Source of the DNA: Antedon mediterranea
Taxonomy: Eukaryota > Animalia > Echinodermata
Assembly: GCF_964355755.1 (NCBI RefSeq)
Contig: NC_092679.1
Span: 4,370,201-4,434,200 of the forward strand
DNA length: 64,000 nucleotides
Reading direction: 5' to 3'
Shown here: piece after piece, positions 55,514 to 64,000 of the stretch
Numbering within the stretch: position 1 is the first letter of the stretch
Layout: each line of letters begins with the position of its first letter
Translations under genes and position numbers: made by a program
The notes under the pieces: generated by a model
What the model was told of the DNA's origin: nothing
Database searches by the model: none
What the model saw: the letters and a program-made list of their open reading frames with translations, nothing else

Positions 55514-58500
55514 ATGAGTACTATAATTGGTAGACTCGATCCGTATGACGGCGAGGCAGAGGACTGGGCCTCCTATGTGGAAAGGTTAGAGGCATATTTC
55601 ATGGCAAACGGCGTGGATGACGACAAGCGTGTACCTACGTTACTCAGCTTGATAGGGCCTAAGACTTACGGTCTTCTGAAGAACTTAGTAGCACCTGATT
55701 TACCATCAACCAAAACATTTCCGGAACTTGTGGATTCGTTGGAAAGGCATCTGAGTCCTAAACCTCTAGTTATAGCTGAAAGATTCAGGTTTCACAAACG
55801 TGAGCAGCATGAAGGTGAAACAATCCAGGCCTATTTAGCGGATTTACGACGCCTCACCAAACACTGTGAATTTGGAGCACAGCTAAATGACGCCCTGCGG
55901 GATCGTCTTTTTTGCGGAATTAGGTCAGGCAGTATACAAAAAAGACTGTTGGCTGAGGCAAAGCTTACATTAGCGAAAGCGCTACAAATGGCAGTTGCTA
56001 TGGAAACTGCAACGAAGGATGCTTCGCTACTACAACAACAGTTTAAAGAAGAACCACAGAGTACTGTGAACAAGATAAACGTGAAACACTATAATAAGCA
56101 GCAATTATGTTATCGCTGCAACAAGGGTGGTCATAAGGCAAACGACTGCCGGTACAAAGAAGTTGAGTGCCATAACTGTAAAAAGAAGGGACATATCAAG
56201 GCTGCATGCCGGAGTAAATCAAAACAAACACCACACCAAACTAAGAAGGGTAAGCGAGTGAATGTTGTTGATGAAGAAGAAGACAACCTTCTAGCCATGG
56301 TGTATGTTAATAATGTAGACGTTGGGAAATCAGTGAAGATAAAACCAACGATAGATAATATCCCATTGGACATGATAGTGGATACTGGCAGTGCACTCTC
56401 GTTGATTTTGACAGAAGATTTTGAGAAATATTTTAGGAATACAGACTTGTTGCCGACCAAAGTTCAACTTAGAACTTATACTGGAGAAGAAGTAAAGACA
56501 AAAGGGTATTTGAAGGCCAAAGTAGAATACAACGGACAGAAACACGATGGAAAACTATATGTAGTAGAAAGAGGTGGACCCCCGTTGTTTGGTCGTCAGT
56601 GGTTGACACATATCAAGTTAGACTGGGCCAGCATCTTCACAGTGAAGGCTGACCACAACAAAGCTGATGTACCAGCAATACTGAATAAATTTCCAAAACT
56701 CTTTAACAAAATTGGAAAGGTGAATGGGGTAAAAGGTAAACTTACCTTACAGGATGGAGCACAACCAGTTTTTATTAAGGCAAGGAATGTACCATATGCA
56801 CTTCGACCTGCAGTTGAAGCCGAATTAAGGAACCTCGAGAGTCAGGGAATCATCACCCCAATTCAAACTAGTTATTGGGCGACCCCAATAGTGCCTGTAC
56901 CAAAAAGTAATGGAGATGTCAGGTTGTGTGGAGACTACAAAGTTACAGTAAATCCAAAGTTAAAAGTGGACTGCTACCCTCTTCCAAGAATCGAGGATGT
57001 TTTCGCAACCTTAGCGGGTGGACAGAAGTTCACCAAACTAGATTTGAAACAAGCATATTTACATTTAGAGATGGAAGAAGAATCCAGAAACATGCTGACC
57101 ATAAATACACACAAAGGGCTATTCCAGTTTAATCGACTAGCGTATGGCATTGCATCTGCTCCTGCCATATGGCAGCGGACCATGGAACAAATCCTGAATG
57201 GTATTCCGGGAGTCCAGTGTCTACTTGACGACATGATTATTACTGGCACTACTCATGAAGAACATTTAAGGAATCTAGAAAAAGTATTAAAGGTTCTCAG
57301 TGATAGAGGACTGTGCCTCAATGACAAGAAGTGTGAATTCTTCAAAGAAAAGGTCGTTTTTTGTGGTCATGTGATAGATAAAAATAGATTACATAAAACT
57401 GAGGACAAGATTGAAGCTGTTAGAAATGCTCCCAAACCTACAACCGTAAGTGAACTCAGATCATTCTTGGGATTGATCAACTATTACCATCGATTCCTGA
57501 AAGACTTAGCTACAGAAATTCATCCGTTGAATAAACTGTTAGAGAAAAAGGAAAAATGGACATGGACTAAGGATTGCGAGATGGCGTTTAATAAAGCCAA
57601 ACAACTTGTGACTGCAGATAATGTGTTAACACATTATGACCCAACATTGCCTGTTAAGCTAGCTACAGATGCTTCTCCATATGGCTTAGGAGCCATATTG
57701 TCACACAACATTGATGGAGTCGAACGACCAATCGCCTATGCATCGAGGACCTTGAGCGCAGCGGAGAAGAATTACTCTCACATTGATAAGGAAGCTCTTG
57801 GCATAGTATGGGGAGTAAAGAAATTTACCAGTTACTTGATTGGTCGAAAGTTCACCTTAGTTACAGACAATAAACCACTTACGTACATCTTCAATACATC
57901 GAGGGCTATTCCTGCCACAGCAGCTGCAAGATTAACTCGCCAGGCAATTTACTTGTCAGGATTCAATTACGAGATTGAATACAAGAAAGGTGAAAACCAC
58001 AAAAATGTAGATGGACTTTCACGACTACCATTAGCAAATACTGAAGCTAATGCTGAGGATCCGGTTGAGGTGTTTCACACTATGCAGTTTCAACCACTTC
58101 CTGTAACAAGTGCCCAGGTCAAGATTGAGACATTACACAACCCAACAATGTCAAAGGTGTATGATTACACAATGAAGGGTTGGCCTAAGAGCTGTGATCC
58201 GGAATTTGAACCATTCCATAGACGACGTGATGAACTGTCAATTTTTGATGGATGTTTGCTATGGGGTACGCGAATCATTGTTCCACCAAAATTCAGAGCA
58301 AGAGTACTTGACGAGTTACATGAAGGACATTTGGGCATTGTAAAAATGAAGTCCTTGGCAAGGAGCTATGTTTGGTGGCCGAGAGTGGATGCTGACATAG
58401 AGAAATTAGCAAAAACCTGTAGTGGATGCCAAAAGACACTGCATGAACCTCAGAAAGCACCCCTACATCCATGGCAGTGGCCGAGCAGTCCGTGGGAACG

Positions 58501-59374
58501 TATCCACATCGACTATGCGGGACCAATAAACAACATAATGTATCTGGTAGTTGTGGATGCACAATCCAAGTGGCCTGAGGTATTGCCTACGACCACAGCG
58601 ACATCAAGCAAATCAATAACTCTGTTGCGTGATTTATTTGCGAGGTATGGACTACCAAAGCAGTTGGTATCGGACAATGGTCCGCAATTTGTGTCAGAAG
58701 AATTTGAAATGTTTCTCAAAAATAATGGTATTAGACACATCAAATCAGCACCATACCACCCAGCAACCAATGGGTTAGCAGAACGTTTTGTGCAATCATT
58801 TAAAGGAGCACTCAAATCGGCAAAAGAAGGAAACGACACAAAACAAAAACTTGCAAACTTTCTATTAGCATATAGAAATGCCCAACACAACACAACTGGA
58901 ATATCTCCAGCAATGATGTTTATTGGAAGACAACTACGCACCAGACTAGATTGCATTATACCTGACTTACGTCAAAAAGTTGAAAATAACCAGGAAAGCC
59001 AGAGAAAACCAACTAGCGAAAAGAAGCTTAGAGAATTCAAAGAAGGAGACAAAGTGTGTGTTCGTGACTATAGATCAAAGAGTCAGAAGTGGATAGTTGG
59101 AATTATTCATAGGAAAACTGGAAAGTTGTCATATGAAGTCAAAGTTGGACCAGACATGATTTGGAAAAGACACATTGATCAAATCCTAAGCAGTGGCTTA
59201 ACACTAGATCTAGAGACACCTCCAGATATAGATCCTGTTGATTTAGAACCAGCTATCTCAGCAACACCAACACCACCACCGGAAATACAACAACCAGTTG
59301 AGATTCCACAACAACCACCACCAAGGAGATACCCACAGAGGAACAGGAAACCACCTAACAGACTTGGTTTATAA
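55514..59374 (+). CDS. Gag-Pol polyprotein (gag with 2 CCHC knuckles, protease, RT, RNase H, integrase)
   Basis: Single 1286-aa ORF with CYRCNKGGHKANDC and CHNCKKKGHIKAAC, protease IVDTGSA, RT LCGDYK / CLLDD, RNase H TDASPYGLGA, integrase HHCC plus IHIDYAGP / VSDNGPQF / GLAERF. Domain order PR-RT-RH-IN is the gypsy order. Confidence 0.97.
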   Translation: MSTIIGRLDPYDGEAEDWASYVERLEAYFMANGVDDDKRVPTLLSLIGPKTYGLLKNLVAPDLPSTKTFPELVDSLERHLSPKPLVIAERFRFHKREQHEGETIQAYLADLRRLTKHCEFGAQLNDALRDRLFCGIRSGSIQKRLLAEAKLTLAKALQMAVAMETATKDASLLQQQFKEEPQSTVNKINVKHYNKQQLCYRCNKGGHKANDCRYKEVECHNCKKKGHIKAACRSKSKQTPHQTKKGKRVNVVDEEEDNLLAMVYVNNVDVGKSVKIKPTIDNIPLDMIVDTGSALSLILTEDFEKYFRNTDLLPTKVQLRTYTGEEVKTKGYLKAKVEYNGQKHDGKLYVVERGGPPLFGRQWLTHIKLDWASIFTVKADHNKADVPAILNKFPKLFNKIGKVNGVKGKLTLQDGAQPVFIKARNVPYALRPAVEAELRNLESQGIITPIQTSYWATPIVPVPKSNGDVRLCGDYKVTVNPKLKVDCYPLPRIEDVFATLAGGQKFTKLDLKQAYLHLEMEEESRNMLTINTHKGLFQFNRLAYGIASAPAIWQRTMEQILNGIPGVQCLLDDMIITGTTHEEHLRNLEKVLKVLSDRGLCLNDKKCEFFKEKVVFCGHVIDKNRLHKTEDKIEAVRNAPKPTTVSELRSFLGLINYYHRFLKDLATEIHPLNKLLEKKEKWTWTKDCEMAFNKAKQLVTADNVLTHYDPTLPVKLATDASPYGLGAILSHNIDGVERPIAYASRTLSAAEKNYSHIDKEALGIVWGVKKFTSYLIGRKFTLVTDNKPLTYIFNTSRAIPATAAARLTRQAIYLSGFNYEIEYKKGENHKNVDGLSRLPLANTEANAEDPVEVFHTMQFQPLPVTSAQVKIETLHNPTMSKVYDYTMKGWPKSCDPEFEPFHRRRDELSIFDGCLLWGTRIIVPPKFRARVLDELHEGHLGIVKMKSLARSYVWWPRVDADIEKLAKTCSGCQKTLHEPQKAPLHPWQWPSSPWERIHIDYAGPINNIMYLVVVDAQSKWPEVLPTTTATSSKSITLLRDLFARYGLPKQLVSDNGPQFVSEEFEMFLKNNGIRHIKSAPYHPATNGLAERFVQSFKGALKSAKEGNDTKQKLANFLLAYRNAQHNTTGISPAMMFIGRQLRTRLDCIIPDLRQKVENNQESQRKPTSEKKLREFKEGDKVCVRDYRSKSQKWIVGIIHRKTGKLSYEVKVGPDMIWKRHIDQILSSGLTLDLETPPDIDPVDLEPAISATPTPPPEIQQPVEIPQQPPPRRYPQRNRKPPNRLGL

Positions 59375-59574
59375 TGGACCTTTAGACATAACTCAATACA
59401 GTTAACAATAATCATAATGATAACAATATAAATAATGAGACTACGGACACTTGAGATTGAAACACTTTATTATCAGAACAGTTTAAAAAAAAAATAAATC
59501 TTATAACGAGCAATATACCTTAAAGCTTAATGCTATTTAAAATGTTATTACTATTGAATCTAAAGGGGAAGAAT

Positions 59575-59695
59575 TGTAGTGTATTGACCACATACATCAT
59601 ACTGTAAATAGTTAGGCTGCCCTCTGTTGTTCATTAAAGAAATCTCTCTCTACAAAATGGATACCGAGCACGAGTCATATGTATGATACATCACA
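59575..59695 (+). repeat. 3' LTR
   Basis: Follows the PPT and is followed by the TSD ACTAT. Confidence 0.95.
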
Positions 59696-59788
59696 ACTAT
59701 AGCATAATAAACATGCGCAGAGGCGAATATTAGGTTCTGCGCATGTCAATTATGCTATAGTAACCAGTTTTATCGGAAAATAAAAAGG

Positions 59789-62700
59789 CCTAAGTCAGTC
59801 AGTCAATCGCCTAAGTCAGTCAGTCAATCGCCTAAGTCAGTCAGTCAATTGCCTTAGTCAGTCAATCAATTGCCTAAGTCAGTCAGTCAGTCAATCGCCT
59901 AAGTCAGTCAATCAATCGCCTAAGTCAGTCACTCAATCGCCTAAGTCAGTCAATCGCCTAAGTCAGTCAATCAATCGCCTAAGTCAGTCAATCGCCTAAG
60001 TCAGTCAGTCGCCTAAGTCAGTAAGTCAATCGCCTAAGCCAGTGAATTACCTAAGTCAGTCAGTCATTCGCCTAAGTCAATCAGTCAATCGCCTAAGTCA
60101 GTCACTCAATCGCCTAAGTCAATCAGTCAATTGCCTAAGTCAGTCAATCGCCTAAGTCAGTCAGTCACCTAAGTCAGTCAGTCAATCGCCTAAGTCAGTC
60201 AGTCAATCGCCTAAGTCAGTCAGTCAATCGCCTAAGTCAGTCAATCGCCTAAGTCAGTCAGTCAATCGCCTCAGTCAGTCAATCGCCTAAGTCAGTCAGT
60301 CAGTCAATCCCCTCAGTCAGTCAATCGCCTAAGTCAGTCAGTCAATCGCCTCGGTCAGTCAATCAATCGCCTAAGTCAGTCAGTCAATCGCCTAAGTCAG
60401 TCAGTCAATTTCATTTCATTCATTTCATTTCATTTATTTTGTCTCATAGAAATCAATCGCCTAAGTCAGTCAATCAGTCAGTCAATTGCCTAAGTCAGTC
60501 AATCAGTCAATTGCCTAAGTCAGTCAGTCAATCGCCTAAGTCAGTCAGTAAGTCAATCGCCTAAATCAGTCAATCGCCTAAGTCAGTTAGTCAGTCAATC
60601 GCCTCAGTCAGTCAATCGCCTAAGTCAGTCAATCGCCTAAGTCAGTCAGTCAGTCAATCAATCGCCTCAGTCAGTCAATCGCCTAAGTCAGTCAGTCAGT
60701 CAATCTCCTCAGTCAGTCAATCGCCTAAGTCAGTCAGTCAATCGCCTCGGTCAGTCAATCGCCTAAGTCAGTCAGTCAATCGCCTAAGTCAGTCAGTCAA
60801 TCGCCTAAGTCAGTCAGTCAATTTCATTTCATTCATTTCATTTCATTTATTTTATCTCATAAAAATCAATCGCCTAAGTCAGTCAATCGCCTAAGTCAGT
60901 CAGTCAATTTCTTTTCATTCATTTCATTTCATTTATTTTGTCTAATAAAACTCAATCGCCTAAGTCAGTCAATTGCCTAAGTCAGTCAATCAGTCAATTG
61001 CCTAAGTCAGTCTGTCAATCGCCTAAGTCAGTCAGTCAATCGCCTAAGTCAGTCAGTCAATTTCATTTCATTCATTTCATTTCATTTATTTGGTCTCATA
61101 AAAATCAATCGCCTAAGTCAGTCAATTGCCTAAGTCAGTCAATCGGTCAATTGCCTAAGTCAGTCAGTCAGTCAATCGCCTAAGTCAGTCAGTCAATCGC
61201 CTAAGTCAGTCAGTCAATCGCCTGAGTCAGTCAGTCAATCGCCTAAGTCAGTCAGTCAATCGCCTAAGTCAGTCAGTCAATCGCCTAAGTCAGTCAATCG
61301 CCTAAGTCAGTCAGTCAATCGCCTCAGTCAGTCAATCGCCTAAGTCAGTCAGTCAGTCAATCCCCTCAGTCAGTCAATCGCCTAAGTCAGTCAGTCAATC
61401 GCCTCGGTCAGTCAATCAATCGCCTAAGTCAGTCAGTCAATCGCCTAAGTCAGTCAGTCAATTTCATTTCATTCATTTCATTTCATTTATTTTGTCTCAT
61501 AGAAATCAATCGCCTAAGTCAGTCAATTGCCTAAGTCAGTCAATCAGTCAGTCAATTGCCTAAGTCAGTCAATCAGTCAATTGCCTAAGTCAGTCAGTCA
61601 ATCGCCTAAGTCAGTCAGTAAGTCAATCGCCTAAATCAGTCAATCGCCTAAGTCAGTTAGTCAGTCAATCGCCTCAGTCAGTCAATCGCCTAAGTCAGTC
61701 AATTGCCTAAGTCAGTCAGTCAGTCAATCAATCGCCTCAGTCAGTCAATCGCCTAAGTCAGTCAGTCAGTCAATCTCCTCAGTCAGTCAATCGCCTAAGT
61801 CAGTCAGTCAATCGCCTCGGTCAGTCAATCGCCTAAGTCAGTCAGTCAATCGCCTAAGTCAGTCAGTCAATTTCATTTCATTCATTTCATTTCATTTATT
61901 TTATCTCATAAAAATCAATCGCCTAAATCAGTCAATCGCCTAAGTCAGTCAGTCAATTTCTTTTCATTCATTTCATTTCATTTATTTTGTCTCATAAAAA
62001 TCAATCGCCTAAGTCAGTCAATTGCCTAAGTCAGTCAATCAGTAAATTGCCTAAGTCAGTCTGTCAATCGCCTAAGTCAGTCAGTCAATCGCCTAAGTCA
62101 GTCAGTCAATTTCATTTCATTCATTTCATTTCATTTATTTGGTCTCATAAAAATCAATCGCCTAAGTCAGTCAATTGCCTAAGTCAGCCAATCGGTCAAT
62201 TGCCTAAGTCAGTCAGTCAATCGCCTAAGTCAGTAAGTCAATCGCCTAAGTCAGTCAGACAATCGCCTGAGTCAGTCAGTCAATCGCCTAAGTCAGTCAG
62301 TCCGTCAATCGCCTAAGTCAGTCAGTCAGTCAATCAATCACCTAAGTCAGTCAGTCCGTCAATCGCCTAAGTCAGTCAGTCAGTCAATCAATCGCCTAAG
62401 TCAGTCAGTCAGTCAATCGCCTCAGTCAGTCAATCACCTAAGTCAGTCAATCGCCTAAGTCAGTCAGTCAGTCAATCAATCGCCTAAGTCAGTCAGTCAG
62501 TCAATCGCCTCAGTCAGTCAATCACCTAAGTCAGTCAGTCAGTCAATCAATCGCCTCAGTCAGTCAATCGCCTAAGTCAGTCAGTCAGTCAATCTCCTCA
62601 GTCAGTCAATCGCCTAAGTCAGCCAGTCAATCGCCTCGGTCATCCAATCGCCTAAGTCAGTCAGTCAATCGCCTAAGTAAGTCAGTCAATCGCCTAAGTC

Positions 62701-64000
62701 AGTCAGTCAATTTCATTTCATTCATTTCATTTCATTTATTTTGTCTCATAAAAATCAATGGCCTAAGTCAGTCAATTGCCTAAGTCAGTCAATCGGTCAA
62801 TTGCCTAAGTCAGTCAGTCAATCGCCAAAGTCAGTCAGTCAATCGCCTAAGTCAGTCAGTCAATCGCCTGAGTCAGTCAGTCAATCGCCTAAGTCAGTCA
62901 GTCCGTCAATCGCCTAAGTCAGTAAGTCAATCGCCTAAGCCAGTGAATTACCTAAGTCAGTCAGTCATTCGCCTAAGTCAATCAGTCAATCGCCTAAGTC
63001 AGTCACTCAATCGCCTAAGTCAATCAGTCAATTGCCTATGTCAGTCAATCGCCTAAGTCAGTCAGTCACCTAAGTCAGTCAGTCAATCGCCTAAGTCAGT
63101 CAGTCAATCGCCTAAGTCAGTCAGTCAATCGCCTAAGTCAGTCAATCGCCTAAGTCAGTCAGTCAATCGCCTCAGTCAGTCAATCGCCTAAGTCAGTCAG
63201 TCAGTCAATCCCCTCAGTCAGTCAATCGCCTAAGTCAGTCAGTCAATCGCCTCGGTCAGTCAATCAATCGCCTAAGTCAGTCAGTCAATCGCCTAAGTCA
63301 GTCAGTCAATTTCATTTCATTCATTTCATTTCATTTATTTTGTCTCATAGAAATCAATCGCCTAAGTCAGTCAATTGCCTAAGTCAGTCAATCGGTCAGT
63401 CAATTGCCTAAGTCAGTCAATCAGTCAATTGCCTAAGTCAGTCAGTCAATCGCCTAAGTCAGTCAGTAAGTCAATCGCCTAAATCAGTCAATCGCCTAAG
63501 TCAGTCAGTCAGTCAATCAATCGCCTCAGTCAGTCAATCGCCTAAGTCAGTCAGTCAGTCAATCTCCTCAGTCAGTCAATCGCCTAAGTCAGTCAGTCAA
63601 TCGCCTCGGTCAGTCAATCGCCTAAGTCAGTCAGTCAATCGCCTAAGTCAGTCAGTCAATCGCCTAAGTCAGTCAGTCAATTTCATTTCATTCATTTCAT
63701 TTCATTTATTTTATCTCATAAAAATCAATCGCCTAAGTCAGTCAATCGCCTAAGTCAGTCAGTCAATTTCTTTTCATTCATTTCATTTCATTTATTTTGT
63801 CTAATAAAACTCAATCGCCTAAGTCAGTCAATTGCCTAAGTCAGTCAATCAGTCAATTGCCTAAGTCAGTCTGTCAATCGCCTAAGTCAGTCAGTCAATC
63901 GCCTAAGTCAGTCAGTCAATTTCATTTCATTCATTTCATTTCATTTATTTGGTCTCATAAAAATCAATCGCCTAAGTCAGTCAATTGCCTAAGTCAGTCA
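59789..64000. repeat. (CAGT)n-derived satellite with 17/21/25-bp units and higher-order structure
   Basis: Units CCTAAGT(CAGT)1-3CAATCG interrupted by an approximately 45-bp TTTCATTTCATTCATTTCATTTCATTTATTTTGTCTCATAAAAAT module. Blocks recur at about 1.05 kb and about 2.9 kb spacing, and the array runs off the window. Confidence 0.95.

Larger units (their letters stand above)
55300..59695 (+). mobile_element. Full-length Ty3/gypsy LTR retrotransposon (Mag-clade-like)
   Basis: 121-bp LTRs at 55300-55420 and 59575-59695 (TG...CA) that appear identical. 5-bp TSD ACTAT, PBS TGGCGACGAG (55423-55432, matching the 3' end of tRNA-Ser(GCU)), PPT AAAGGGGAAGAA (59562-59573). Confidence 0.97.

Noticed and set aside
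55831-59415. Antisense and alternate-frame ORFs within the gypsy element, and a possible env gene
   Set aside because: They are short shadows of gag-pol. Only about 200 bp separate the pol stop from the 3' LTR, leaving no room for env.
60938-62316. (SQSPKSV)n ORFs
   Set aside because: They are translations of the 21-bp satellite with non-ATG starts and no gene structure.

Overview
AT-rich, intron-rich animal genomic DNA, probably an invertebrate deuterostome (inferred from gene content and a Deu/Nin-type SINE). All gene models were assembled by eye from splice sites and reading frames. On the + strand there are four genes: the 3' part of an Ena/VASP gene (1737-8997), a complete 12-exon lamin B receptor (LBR) gene (15874-21142), and two tandem paralogous type-I membrane protein genes (26326-40850 and 45322-52622). 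The paralogs share the layout signal peptide, EGF repeats, 6-Cys VWC_out/pacifastin-like repeats, SEA-like domain, TM helix and short tail. They are followed by a nested-palindrome satellite, an intact young Ty3/gypsy LTR retrotransposon inserted into it (55300-59695), and a (CAGT)n-derived higher-order satellite running off the window. Introns carry many MITEs plus SINE and LINE remnants. The best candidate for an undescribed system is in the two paralogs. Each needs a homologous frame-shifting microexon (4 nt and 7 nt) to reach the SEA/TM region, and in both, skipping it creates a TAA stop exactly at the exon junction after the last extracellular Cys. This suggests a membrane-versus-secreted (or NMD) splicing switch.
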